From contig NMRA01000014.1 in assembly GCA_002633005.1 (NCBI GenBank), positions 25,150 through 89,149 on the forward strand: a DNA stretch of 64,000 bases, in the 5' to 3' direction. The position numbers and the translations under genes were made by a program. Within the stretch, counting starts at the first letter, position 1. Each line of letters opens with the position of its first letter. Below, piece by piece: positions 1-31,400 of this stretch. This DNA is from Phoronis australis (lineage: Eukaryota; Animalia; Phoronida). The notes under the pieces are model-generated. The model saw only the letters and a list, made by a program, of their open reading frames with translations, did no database searches and had not been told where the DNA came from.

Positions 1-2610
1 TGAGCCACCACTGTCGAATATATCTTCAACTCGTCAACAATACGACCAGATGACCTGGTTCGTGTAGAAAGCATTTTTATCAAGAATTTATTAGAAGAAA
101 CGTAACCCTGCATTCAGCATGATACCTAATCCGTAACACTACGATCGCCGCAATTTGGTCATGTTTACTTTTCATGTTTCGAACCTAGTTTTCTGGAAAA
201 AAACTATATCCTTACGTCAGACAACTCTTTAGTGCATTGACTGTATTTTTCTACGTCTGTGTGGTTAATTATTGACACATTTTTTAACATTTAATATTCA
301 GGTTGGACTCCAAAGACCGGCCATTTACTCACGAAATGTAAATTTCCGCTTTTTTATCGCAGTGAGCCTCACTTTGGATTTTAATGTCCCGCCGCGTGAA
401 TAGAGTCTATGATTCTGTGGTACCCGTGAATATACTCCAGGTGTGTGTAATTGAGGATAGAGTTCAGTAACGCCAGGACCTCGCTAAAAAGCAAGATTTC
501 GCGAGATTAGACTACGTGAGATATTGTGTATGTAATGAACTCTACCCGGGCTACCAAGAATGGCACAGATTGCGGATTCTGTCTTTGCGATGGTTGTCTT
601 TACTTTCAATGCCATGTTGATGTCCGCTGGTTGACGGCGACATTTATTAACTCAATGCGTAGTATACAACTGTAGGAATGGAATGCCTACTTCGACCTCG
701 GGCGGTTCAAGTGAGGCTGCATCGCACTTGCTTGGATAGTTGTTTGCATGCGTTTGTTCCAATGGTGTTTTTTGCTGTGGAAAATAGGACATAGGGTGGA
801 GCTTTTTATTATAAAAACGCAGTAACAAACTGAGGACTGATATAACCGAAAACTTCTAAACAAATTTCATCAATATTTGTAGTATATGTTTCAGTCTAAT
901 GGTTGTCAAACCGCGAGAATTGCTTGCTGGCGACTCGGAAGCCAGCCGTGGGTAGGACTACTACCGCGTCCTAGTTGATAGAGGGCAATGCAAAGCCACC
1001 TAGACGTGTTCTAATAACTTATAAAGTTTAAAATATCTTTTAAAATACATCAACTTGATACACCCTTTGAGTTAGCGAAATCATGAACCTAGGACCAGCA
1101 ATAAGAGACACAGATTGTTTATCAATAAGCAATGGCCAAGGAAGTGTCGCGTCCTTTGGCTTCTTGTGCTCACGAAAACTCTTCGGGTAGGGGTTCGACC
1201 CTGTCTCCGTCAGGATATACGGCAGAAATTGCTCTTGCGTGGCTAATTTCTCCTCAGTGCCCATGTCAGAAGATAACGCCAATTGGCTTGTTACGTCAAC
1301 TAACCGCAGCTTATGTCACGCGGTTGCTGCCGCTCCCAACTCCAGGTACGAAAATGCATGGTAGGATGGCCCGCATGAGCAGTTTTGATACATTGAGTTA
1401 CTCGGAAATTGGCCTGGGCCGGCTGCCAAACATGATTCCATGGATTCACAGAGGTCTCACGTTCTATTCGACTTGCTAATCTTATTGTGATGAGATATGT
1501 TTGGTTGAGGATTAAAACTTATTCAGGAATACAATCTCCATTCTGTCCTTCGAAAATAATTATCACCTGACTAAAAAAATATATAAGAATATTTAAACGT
1601 TGTAAGCAGTGTTAAAGATTTGATAGTAAGTGTCACGGGGAGATTTTATGCAGGATGAACATGTCATTTATTTAACATTTATACCATTACTATGATACAG
1701 TTACAGTACAACGTACAAGAGAATAATATTGTATCTGTGAGAAGTATTAGTTAATGCATAGTGGTTGTTGTGCAATTAATTAAAGGTGTTAGTTGTTCAC
1801 TGAAATTTATTGCCTCCTATGAGTGCATAGGAAATGAATCAGCATATTTTCCTTTAACCATGTGTTTATGTTATGCTTGCAGAGTTGTGTAACTTTAAAT
1901 TCACTGGACAATTGGTCAACTTTGGGGTGAGCCAGTTCTGGCAACAACAATGGTCGTCCGTGACCATATTTGGCGAGAGCTTAGATTAGTAGTTGGAATC
2001 CTATGATGTTGTTCCGAGAGTTGTTTTGGAACTATGGGTAGCGTTTGGAGGAAGTTTGTGGGTTTAATGTTTTGATCTAACTCGCCCATCTTTATTCTGT
2101 TTGAGTATAAGTATACTGTTAGCTACTCAACAAGGTATATTTCCGACGAGAGGCAACCAGATTGCTACAGAGACATCGCATATTTCTTGGAGAAAGGCAA
2201 CCGGCCTGCCACAGAGATATCGCAGATATTCTTGAAGAGATGCTACTGGTTTGCTGAGAAATACCACAAGTAAATTCGATGGATTGAATTTCAACCCGAT
2301 ACATTGTGACACAGATGATTATGTCTGAGAATGATTTTTGATAGTCTTGCTGATTAAGCCGGCAAACGTATGGTCGATGACAGTGTTAAAAAGAAGTTGT
2401 TTCGAACGCTCGGCAACGTGAACATTAGAAGTTATACGGACTTCAACTCTCCTGGGCGGACTACGAAACACGGTTAGTGTGTTCATCAAATCTCTGTCGA
2501 AACCAAAGATATCAACACATTAAATAGTAAAAAAGGCGTGAACACTGAACATGATTTACAAAGAGAAATCTCGGGTTAGGCAGTGTTTTCGGCGAAAGCA
2601 AAACCTCAGA

Positions 2611-2700
2611 GTACTATGTGCTATGTACTATATGTGCTATATGCTATGTACTATGTGCTATGTACTAGGCCTATGTACTATGTGCTAGATGTACTATGCA
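2611..2700. repeat. Short tandem repeat (tactatg/tgctatg variants)
   Basis: Repeated gtactatgtgctat units seen directly. Confidence 0.85.
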
Positions 2701-3518
2701 CTAGTGCATTGGTGTGAACGTGTTCTATAGGCTTGTGGTAGAATTATTTTCGAATAAACATCTTTCACATAATTTCAAACTGTGATTTTTCAGTTCTGTT
2801 GATAGGAATGCAACGAGTCACGGTGAAAGTTCGACGTTAGTCCCTATAATAACCGACCAAAAGGACAACTGAAATATTGACTCTCGACTCTTCTTTTTGG
2901 ACTAATCTAATAGATTAGACTGCACATTTTCCAGTTAAAAACTCGACCTTTGAAAATAGATGTGCCGACTGAAATAATCAAGTTGTGTAGTTTAGTGGAG
3001 TTAGTGGGTGACCTGAATAGCAGTTGGCTGGAGTTGTTTACTACTGAAAGCTGACTACTGATGGAAATAGAACGGACTCGCTTGAAGGCATATGACACGA
3101 GATGTTACGCTCGATGATCACGGCAAGCAAATTTATCCCTTCTCCTTCGTGAGAAAAGAGAGTGCCCAGTCTAGCGTACAGTTGTCAAAGCTGAACGAAT
3201 ATTGCAGCCTGTTATCATTTTGTATATTCTCTATGTGTTTCAAAGGTTGACTACGTCTTGATCCTTATGTGTTAGCCTAACTGCTGGCTAATTTTTTAAA
3301 AGTTAACCCCGTTCATGGCGTGCTTTGTTGTTCAAACAGTAAAGCACATCGTGAACGGAACTTGAAAAGCGGTTTGTCTTGTTATAAGGGACGTTCTGTA
3401 TTTAGGCGCGTATGTAGGCCCATGCGCCTTTATTCGATGTCTTGCGTTTTTGACATTTTACTCAAGTGTTTCACTCAAAAGTGCAATCGCCTGAATGTCA
3501 CTTATCGGCGCTGGCAGA

Positions 3519-4168
3519 TGTCTGTCTGTTGTATATGTGCATCAGTTGTGTCTGTCTGTTGTAATTGTGTCTGTCTGTTGTATATGTTCATCAGTTGTGT
3601 CTGTCTGTTGTATATGTACATCAATTATGTCTGTCTGTTGTATATGTTCATCAGTTGTGTCTGTCTGTTGTATATGTTCATCAGTTGTGTCTGTCTGTTG
3701 TATATGTACATCAATTACGTCTGTGTGTTGTATATGTAGGCTACGCCAACTGTGTCTGTCTCAGTGTTGTATATGTACATCAGTTGTGTCTCTCTGTTGT
3801 ATACGTGTACCAATTGGGTGTGTCTGTTGTATATGTATACCAATTGTGTCTGTCTGTTGTATATGTACATCGGTTGTGTCTGTCTATTGTATATNGTTGT
3901 ATATGTACATCAGTTGTGTCTGTCTGTTGTACATGTACATCAGTTGTGTCTGTCTGTTGTATATGTTCATCAATTACGTCTGTCTGTTGTATATGTAGGC
4001 TACGCCAACTGTGTCTGTCTCAGTGTTGTATATGTACATCAGTTGTGTCTCTCTGTTGTATACGTGTACCAATTGGGTGTGTCTGTTGTATATGTATACC
4101 AATTGTGTCTGTCTGTTGTATATGTACATCGGTTGTGTCTGTCTATTGTATATGTACATCAATTGTAT
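3519..4168. repeat. 30-bp minisatellite (ctgtctgttgtatatgtacatcagttgtgt)n with an N junction at 3895
   Basis: About 20 units; explains the Cys/Val-rich ORFs in all three frames. Confidence 0.95.
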
Positions 4169-5254
4169 CTTCTATTAATTTTCCATCAATTAATAAATGC
4201 ATATTAAATTGAAAACACGCCAACGTGTATTTTTTATAGGGTACAAGTCATCCACCATTCATGATATTTCAAAATGATTCTTTGTTTTACACAAGTGTTT
4301 CGGTTATAGGCACATTCGTCTCAGTACCTTCGGAAAACCCGCATCTATGCATGAGCGTAAATGTGCACGTACGGGAGAGCAACTTTGAAAGGGACCAAAT
4401 GTATATTTTATTATTGACCACAACCATATTCGTTGTTATTGAAAAGATGTGTATTTTGTTCGATATTTGATGCGATTATATATTTTCTTAAAGATAAGCG
4501 AATTTTTAATGATTTTGCATCTGCGTTTTTGAATGTTTTGATTTACCTCTGCATTTAAAAATGCTACAAGAGTTTCATATATAGGCCAACGAAGATAAAA
4601 ATTAAAAATGTAAAGTTAATATGTTTTAACATATTGAAATATGTTGAATGGAATGTCCAGTAACTTAATTTAGTTTAAAAAATGTTATTTTTGATGTTTG
4701 TAGATTATTCAACTCTAGTTTCTAGAAAATCTTGTTTAAATTAAAGTTTAATAATTTTAATCATCTGGTTGGTTGGCCCATAACTTCCAACGAAGATGTG
4801 TACAGATGGCAAGTGTATTCGGAATTTTGTTATGACGCCCACTGCCTCATAGCCGATTCAGTGCGCCAGCCTAACGATGTGCATCGGTTAACCAGACAAT
4901 CATTTATTTTAGATTTTCCCAACAAATAGTTCACTCCCTTTCAAGTACAAGAATTGGTAAACCAATGAACATAAAATACAATTGTCGACGTCATTGTGAA
5001 TAGGTATTTATATTCAATAGATTAGCTGTTTGTCAAAATGTGCGACAACCGTGACCTCTCAAGCGAGCATGGATTTCGTACTTTCAATGCTTTTGCGCTA
5101 CTTCGTTTTGTACCTGCTTGACTGAGCAATGTCACATCGTGACATTAAGGTTGATGTCAGCACAATAAAACAGAAACATTAACTGCATTAACTATGCTTG
5201 CGTAGGACACGTCAATAGCAGCAGTTTGATTCTATATATAAATTGACTACCAAA

Positions 5255-22534
<17,280 letters not shown>

Positions 22535-25118
22535 GTACTACACTATAATAACATCGCCATCTTGGAACCACCATGAGATCATATTCAAAAACTAATTTTC
22601 TGGCTCATTCTCTGCAGACCACGATAATGTAACTATTAATCTGAAATTCATGAAAAAGTACTTGATGCAATCGTAGGTGGAGTAGAGAAGTTAAGGTTAT
22701 GTTCGACCGTAGTGACAACTCTGCGTGTTTAGGCAAATATCTATAAACAATAGACTTTAACTCAGTAAAAGTTTATGTTTTCTGAAACTAGAAAGCCTGA
22801 ACAATTTTAAGTTTGATTTTTTACAATGTATTTTTATTGAGTCACGTGACCATGTCTTTTTAGAAAAAATAAGAACGTTGCAGTTTTCTGAGATATTTCG
22901 TTTTCGTTTCTTACAACTTAAGAATTTTTTAATAAAAATCAAAAGACCAAGTTTTATTAGTGACCGACCCTCATGCATAAGTGGCACTTTAAAAAAAAAC
23001 AATATCTTAAAGGGAGTGGAACGCGAAAGCTCGTCAAAAATATCTTCCAAACAATTCTTGACGAACGTTCCATTTTGCAATGTCTGTACAGAGTAATTGA
23101 CTTTGCCCTTAAGTTGAAGAAATTTCCAAACAAATTACAAAACTCACGATTTTTGAAATACGATACAAAGCAAAAACTCTGTGGTTAGAACAGATTTCTA
23201 ATCTCCCTCACACTGATGATAAATGCGCGACTGCGCCCACAATCAGTTGCTTGAAGTCGCTTGAGGTCAAAAGTCACATTTTCCTTGTGGGAGAAAAATT
23301 GACGACGAAGTGGAGAACAGTTGTCAGATCGTCTTTTTGAAATTTGAAAGTACAAGAAAATAGTTTGATATCAACAGAAATTAATAATCTTTACGAACAA
23401 ACCCTAAAAATGCCTGGTTAGCTGGTTGAATTCTGTTTCAGAGGCAAAGAACTACTTTCTGTACTGCAATTTAGTCTGTTTAACGCGTTCAAGGCCTATT
23501 TAAAAGACTCGGGAGAACAATGACTAAATCATGGTCTCTGAAAGTTCCATATGGATCGGATCAGCCATTTTTCAAATATGATGTTCCAAAGTTGGCCAAG
23601 TTTGGACATTTTTCTAAGCTCCTACATAACTTAAAGAATATTTTGCACACAATTAGTTTTTGTAATGAAAGTTCGCTACATGACGAAAGAAACAAAATAT
23701 TTTATTCGCCTATGCATGTTTACAGCTATGCTACACATGTTGAAGCCAAAGTTCTGAGCTGAAGAACGCGAGGGTGGATGAAGAACTGATGTACGTTCGA
23801 ACGACGCGTATATTCGTGAAATTGAAATTCTATAATCGTTGCAATTGACAGTTTATGATTAATAAAACATTACTGCTGCCACCTAAATTATGTTACTTTG
23901 TTTTCAAATACACCAGAAGTTGATCCCAAATTTACTGTAAGACGACTAAAAGGGAAGGGAGTCGGCTGTACTTTTGACGGGTATCGGCTACGGGATATAC
24001 CCAACACCATGACTAAAAGGGACGCGTTTGTGAGCTTCTGTGAAATGGTCGTTGTTTCGAAGATGTTATTTGCCAACATAACTTTGGTGGCGGTTTCATT
24101 CCTATACAGAATGACTGAACTAAAAAAAATTGGACTGTATTCTTTTTAACGCAAGGAACTCAAAAAAACTACACCCTTATATAGGAGTTCTGTTGGGCCC
24201 CATTGTGGAGTTTCAACACCAAAAGAGAACCTTTTGAGGGAATTTAATCGAAATTAAATGCTTCGTTAAAGGCTTTCGTACAGAATCTAGTCATAAAAAC
24301 GTCACGTCAATCAACTAAGCGGCATTTCTCGCATCAGCATTTCCCCAAAGTCCCGATGCAAGTACCCCACACATGGGCGTATTAGTTGGTGAGAGGTTAC
24401 AGGGAACAATCGCTCCTCCTCCTCCCCCCCCAGATTGGAGGAAAATTATAGAAAGTTGTGGCAAAACAAGAAACAATTTGGCATCAGAACATCCAATGGA
24501 AAACGGACGGAAAATATTGCGCAAGCTACATCGACTGAATGCAGATTTGACGGTGACGCGCCTAAATTCAGAAAATTTCTACCCCCCCCGTGGATTACCT
24601 CGCTAGACCTAATTGAAAAACAAGCAGCAACTGATGCTATTGCCAGGGCCCCTATTCAACAGATTCCCAATTTAAATCATGCGACATACAATTCAAGTTA
24701 AAAACAACAGCAACGCGGAGGGTTGAAGTGCACCCACGACTGCACCGCAAACGGTGTTGCAACTAGGAGTGTTTGTTAGTACAATAAAATGGTCCTTATA
24801 CACCACAGAATACATTGAACCCATCCGAAAATAGGAAGGTGTCGTCTCTCAAAGCTATTAGCCAAATTTCATGAAAATCTGTGAAAAACTCCAAAGACAC
24901 AAAGACAAATGTAAAAAAGATATAAATTTCCATTAGGAACCACAGCGGTAGTCGAATCCGTCGACCTGTGGTCAAGTTCATTGAAATGCAATTGCAAAGT
25001 TTCAAAAACATCTTGCAAGGGGTTTAGGAGATACAGCTGTGGATGCAAAAATGTCTCAAGTGGTTGGACTCGTCTGAAAATCCACGTCAGTCATGCTCTT
25101 GTCGATAGGAACACATCT

Positions 25119-25190
25119 CATGGGCGGCGAGGCACCGAAAAAAGTGGGGGGACTGTAGCCCTCCCAGCCCCCTGTAGTGCGCTACCCATG
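25119..25190. mobile_element. 72-bp mini DNA element, 5-bp TSD CATCT; sister copy at 36942-37013
   Basis: catct|catgggcggcg...cgctacccatg|catct. Confidence 0.85.
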
Positions 25191-27266
25191 CATCTGCCAA
25201 TTCTTATAAAGATCTTCTGCACGGTTTAGCGAATGTAGAAGCAGACGACAAAAAGAGACACAAAATTATTAAAATGACCATTAGTTGATACATACGTCGA
25301 ATCCATCACGAAATAAAAAGATGCTATCATCTTCATAATAGAAACTTGCTAGCCAAATTTCCTGAAAAGGCATCAAGGAACTCTGAAGTTTCAGAAACAA
25401 ACGTAAACATAAAATTGCCAGCTGTAGTTGAACTGGTCAGACACTTGAGTCATATGTTGCAAAAAAAAACAACCGTCCTCTTCGCACCAGAAACATACAT
25501 GCCAATATTTCAATCATCCTTATAGTGGTTTGCTTGATAGAGAGGCGGACGCAAAAAAAACGAATAGAAAACAGTAAAAATGGCCACTGAAATACCTCAA
25601 ATGCATTCGAAAACGAAAACATATCATCGGTTCTTTTCATAAAACCTATTAATCATATCTCATAAAAATCCATCAAGGAACTTCAATCGACACAAATTAA
25701 ACATGAAATTACCACCAGGGGGCCAGAACGTTCGTCGTCAGCTTCATATATACACAATTGCCAAATTTAAGGGCTACTGCAGATGGTTTAGGGGATACAG
25801 CCGGAACGCAAATTGAAGAAGAAACAAAACTGCCATAAGGAGGTACGCCACAGCAGTCGAAATCGTCAACAAATCATCGTCAGCTGTCCTCTTCGCAGTA
25901 GGAGCTAACATATATGCCAATTTTGCAGTCATCCTTATAGTGGTTTGTTTGGTAAACAGGCGGACATCAAAAACTCGAAAACATTAAAAATGGCCTCTAA
26001 GTGGCCCAAAATACCCCGAATCCAACCAAAAACGGGAAGATAGCGTCATATCACTAATGGATACCTATTTTATAAAATTCATGCAAATTCGTTAGGCACC
26101 TCCGAAGATACAGAGGCAAACGTAAAAATTAAATTTCCACTAGGGGGCACACAGGCAGTCCGACCGAAAATTCGCCCATGTCGTCCCATCCATAAAAGGA
26201 ACATTTCTGCAAAATTTCATGAACATACATCCAAGGTTTTGGAGACAGAGTAGCGGACAGAAATGACGGCATTATGCGCCCACATATAAATATAAAAAAC
26301 GAAGAGAGAGCGATAGATGACGTCAAGTTCAGTGAAAGTGGAGTCCCTGGAAAAATCATAGTGCCTTATTAAATTAAAAATATAATCATTTTTCCTCTCG
26401 TAAGCCCCCATATAACAAATTTTCTCGGTCTGTTTCAAAGTATGTATGACTAGGACAAACGAGCACGTGTTCAAGGACATGATTTTGAAGGTCTATACTG
26501 CAAAAATTGCCTCCTTAACAAAAACGTCCTGGCCAATGGATCTCCAAAGGGTAAATTCAGCACTGGTACTTGACAAATACTCACTCAACAACCTTCTCTT
26601 TTCTACACGTTTCAATGTGTTTTTCTTTTCTCGACTGCTTGGGACCCTATGCCCGGTCACAAAGGTTATAACAACACCAAACACCAGCAACCTTTACCAA
26701 GTAATGGGGGGAACTAACTATTCTGCGTATCCTAGCAAAATGCTGGCCATTGAAGTGATTGTTATGCAAGATTGGAGTGTTTGTTTATGGAATTTAATTC
26801 AACTTTTGTGTTCAGGTGAGTGCAGTGCAAGCTAACAGTCTTGTGGTCAGTATTTTTTACCTTGACTGAGTCATTTCAAAAGTGGTTTATGAGAAAAGAA
26901 ACCTGTTCATGGGAAAAGGACTGCATGATGAACTACAAATTTTTGGTCACAAAAATACAGTGTCAGTGATGCTTTTCAAGATCACCCCCACAAACTTCAG
27001 GGAGGAAATGTCTACTGTGAGGAAGCTACAAATGTAAGATTGTTTTCAAACTAACTTTGCCATCATTACCCACTCCTAAACAAAAAGTTAAATGACACAA
27101 TCTCCCACTTTTAATTATATTGATCACACAGACAAAGAATTAAAATAGAATGAACACTGATACATACATTTACAAAGAATCAATGCATGTGACAGAATTT
27201 ACCTGAGTAAAAAGTATAGAAGAATGCCTCAGCTGGCCCAGAAGTAGTCAAGAGCTGTGTGTATAT

Positions 27267-27370
27267 GTCAGCCACTAGATGGCAGTGTGTATGTGGAAGG
27301 TACCACCCAGTCAGCCACTAGATGGCAGTGTGTATGTGGAAGGTACCACCCAGTCAGCCCCTAGATGGTT
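27267..27370. repeat. 43-bp tandem repeat x2.4 containing CTCF-like CCACTAGATGGCAG
   Basis: gtcagccactagatggcagtgtgtatgtggaaggtaccaccca units. Confidence 0.85.
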
Positions 27371-28457
27371 GCCAACTGCAAATGCTCATGTTGAGTTGAA
27401 AGGACACAAAATGTGGTCCTGTCAATATTTCATTAAGAAAGAAATTTTCATGCAAAATGCAGTAAGTTGCAAACTCTACTTTACCATTCAGTCAACTCTT
27501 AAAAGGAAAGCACAAAATGTTCCGAGAGACAACTAGAGTGGGCAACCTAGAGTAAGAAAAAAGAATTTTTTCCATACATACACACACATAACAATATTTC
27601 TAACATTAAATCAATAATCACTACTAAAAGTACATATAAAACCACCGATAGTGTAATGCATGCACACATGTTGATGAAGAGTCAAATTAGTGACTAGTAA
27701 TGTTATTCAGTAACAACATGTGCAGTGTAAATACTACATAGATAAATACAGAGACAGCTAGTTACTACAAAGATAGAAATTCAACGATTACTGAATACAC
27801 ATAAATCAAAAATTAAAAAAAAAATTATAACAGGGCATGAATATTATTCTGACATCAAAACTGGCCATATGATCACCACCATTTAGAGCAAGGCAAGGAT
27901 AAAGTAACAGGTCATGATACAGCTGAAGTGGGTCAGACACAACAGCAACTAACAAACAACCTATACTACAGGTATGTTTATCATTTATCTTCACACACTT
28001 TCAATAAATATCACGATAATCATACATAAACACAGTATTCACAAATAACTTTGAAAGTACTCATATATTAAAAACGTGACGGAATATTTTGAAAGTATTA
28101 TAGTCAAGTTAAAGATATGGATGAAACTTATCTTCAAACACTTTCAGGAAATATCACACTACAATAAAAAGCAAACGCGTGCAATACACACATCTTACAA
28201 AGTGAACGCCTGTAATACACACATCTTATAAAGCTATAACTGATAAATTTCAAAGTATATAAATTATATTCATTAGTAAATATATGAATATCTTCATGAA
28301 ACATATTCAAACTGTTGTGTTCAAGCCTAGACAAATTAAAAAAAACCCACCAGGTGGTCCAGACTCCACCCTATAATAGGTGCTTTGAAGATAACATAAC
28401 GCCAGTGCTGTGTAACCTGTCACAAATTAACGCCAGTGCTGCGTAACCTGTCACAAA

Positions 28458-31400
28458 CTAGTTGTTATTGTTCTGTTTCTGTTCAAAGAACATGAAGTCC
28501 TGTGAAAGAAAAAATAGAAGGAAAACATCAAAACATGAAAATATGTTCTTTATGAATGCAGGAACATTTTTGTTTAAGAAGTTACGCCACAATCACACTG
28601 ACATGATTTATAGGTGTGGTGAGCTACAGCGCTAGAAATCATGGTGAACAGCAAAACCAGCGACACGCATACTCCATCTAAGCTAACTGTGACACAGTAA
28701 ATACTAGTTACCGAAGCTCAACCGTTTATCGTGCATACCAAAGCTCCATTGTGGATTGTGCATACCGAAGCTCCACTGTGGACCATGCATACCAAAGTTC
28801 CACCATGAATCGTGCCTACCAGAGCCCCAACATAGACCGTGCATACCAAAGCCCCCCCCATGGGCCGTGCGTACTAAAGCTCCACCATGCACCAAGCATA
28901 CAAAAGCTCCATCATGGACTGTGCATACCAAAGCTCCCCATGGACCGTGCACACCAAAACTCCACCATACACCATGCAAACTAAAGCTCCACAATGGACC
29001 GCGCATACCAAAACTCCACAATGGACCGTGCATACCAAAGCTCCACCATGGACCGTGCATATCAAAGCTCCACAATGGACTGCGCATACCAAAGTTCCAC
29101 CATGGACCGTGCATACCAAAGCTCCATCATTGCGTGTATACCAACTAAGGGCTGTGAACACAGAAGCTGTAACATCACCCTAACCACCATACAATGTCTA
29201 CAGGACTGCTGTACACATTGCTGTCACAAACTGTAGGCATCTGCGAGTGACCGTGACAACCATTAGCAAACTTTTGTGTGTCTAAATTACTTCAAAGTTT
29301 TGAAATTAGTCTTGGTCATCTTGTTTTCCTGCCAAAGCCTCTCTTCTGATGATGGTGTTTGAATAAATGACATCGAAACATGTCAAATCCATTTAAACCA
29401 TTGTTTTCTTTAACAAAGCCTTTTGGTTTTGCTATAATGGTTTATGGTTAACTGGGTTGCACTGTGGTCCACTCTGATAGTCGGACTTAAGGACAACGCT
29501 GATAATTTCAAATCAAGTAGGACTTTTTGTGCCATATTTATTCTGAAAACATTTTATGAAACCATGTTGTCTTGGGTGATAATTGTGTCATATTCACATA
29601 ACATACACATAATGTGACAATTCCTTTTCTGTAATACGAGACATAAAGATCTCAACAGGAAGTCAATGGTTAAAATGGAATTGTAACATAAAACTGGTGT
29701 AATGTAAAATTAAAATCAAATGATTTGTCAACGTGTAACTCTATCAGTGGTAGACTGGCAAGAGCACAGTCACTCAACATTCCACAAACGTAGTCACATG
29801 TTGATGAACCATTTGATTTGGATGCACATTTTACCCATACTTGCTTTTCATTTTTGTTTTAATTGAGTGCTCTAACAAGTAATAATTAATTTTTCACCTC
29901 ACTAGTTACCAAAACGAATTTAATGATTCCAGCCATAGAAAGACCTCATGGTAACACATTCCACAAGTTTTTAAGAAAACATTTTCACAGCGTGTAATAA
30001 GCTTATATTAAATTACTAAAGTCATTATCAGTATGAAAAAGTAGGTAAATCCGGAGATACTTACAATGAGGAAAACCAGTCCAAGCATAGTAGCTTTTAT
30101 TTTTACATCCAAGTCCATAGGAACTGAAACGAACAAAGCTTTGGAATTAAAACCCATCTTTTGAAGTGCCGTTGTATTTGGCACATTTCATTTCTTGTTA
30201 TTTCATCTTAGTCACACAATTATTCATAACATCAACACGGCCAAACACATGAGTTTAACTTTGTAACACAAAGGACTACTAACAAGACGTGAAGTTTTAC
30301 ATAAACAACAAATAGCTTCAAAAATAAGTCCATTTACTTCACAACAACTGAGCAGAACACAAGAGGAGAATGGGTCGACTTGAATGTTAATGATAAAAGA
30401 AATGCAGCAGTACTCAGGGGCGGATCCAGGATTTCGAGTTGGGGGGGCTAGAGCACAGGAATAACCAGAATTTTGGCAGATGCGCGCGTCCAGCCTAGAA
30501 TGTAGGGATACAGGGGTATCGAATTTTTGGGTCTGTGGACCTTCTGACTAAAAAAAAAACGTAAACGGGGTTTGTTCAGGACCTATGCATTGTTTACTCA
30601 CCCCCCGAACCCCCTGGTTGCGGGCATATGCTAGTCAGCAATTCGCACCCGAACTCCCAAATGGTATATGGTAGAATTTTAGGGGGGGCCATGGCTCCCT
30701 TGACACCCCCTAAATCTGCCACTGGTACTTACACGTGACTCCAAAATTATCAGCTTGAGTGAAGTACTCCTTAATCAGTCCAGACCACTGTTTGCTGATT
30801 TTTCCAACATCATGGCTTTCATCAGCTGATCTCACCTACAATAATGCATTTTCATCAGCTGATCTCACCTACAATAATGCATTTTCATCAGCTGATCTCA
30901 CCTACAATAATTCATTTTCATCAGCTGATCTCACCTACAACAATGCATTATCATCAGCTGATCTCACCTACAATAATGCATTATCATCAGCTGATCTCAC
31001 CTACAATAATGCATTATCATCAGCTGATCTCACCTACAATAATGCATTTTCATCAGCTGATCTCACCTACAATAATGCATTTTCACATCAGACTTTTCAC
31101 ATAACATCTTATGTAGCAAAAGATATACCAATAAAAAACACTTTGGTATTTGTAGCCTAATGATGTAACAGACACAACATGATGTTTGAAGCCTATAGAC
31201 TGTACTGTAATAGCTAAAAAACAAAATGAATTCTTGGTTCCAAGGAGCCTTTATATCAAAGTGATTTAAGACGTAAGTAAAAAATTTGGGCTTATGCTCC
31301 ACACAATTTCTGAAAAAATAATGAAAACTCACGATAGCAAAAAGAAGAAGTATCTGAGAATATAGCCACAACTGTTAATAATTACTCACAACATTTGTAC

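Noticed and set aside
840-3200. Possible decayed retroelement or recombinase coding sequence
   Set aside because: The composition is suggestive, but I could not identify a diagnostic motif.
3320-4212. Long Cys/Val/Tyr-rich ORFs (up to 215 aa)
   Set aside because: They are translations of a 30-bp minisatellite that is open in several frames, with no gene structure.
22618-24149. Candidate terminal GH9 exons (acceptors at 22617 and 23916)
   Set aside because: Both give open frames, but neither has recognisable homology. I cannot choose between them and read-through to 22548 without RNA data.
28704-29236. Six overlapping ORFs with 9-aa periodicity
   Set aside because: By-product of a 27-bp intronic minisatellite.
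30759-31160. [10 protein letters not shown] repeat ORF resembling a pentapeptide or LRR protein
   Set aside because: It is the antisense reading of the 33-bp acceptor array.
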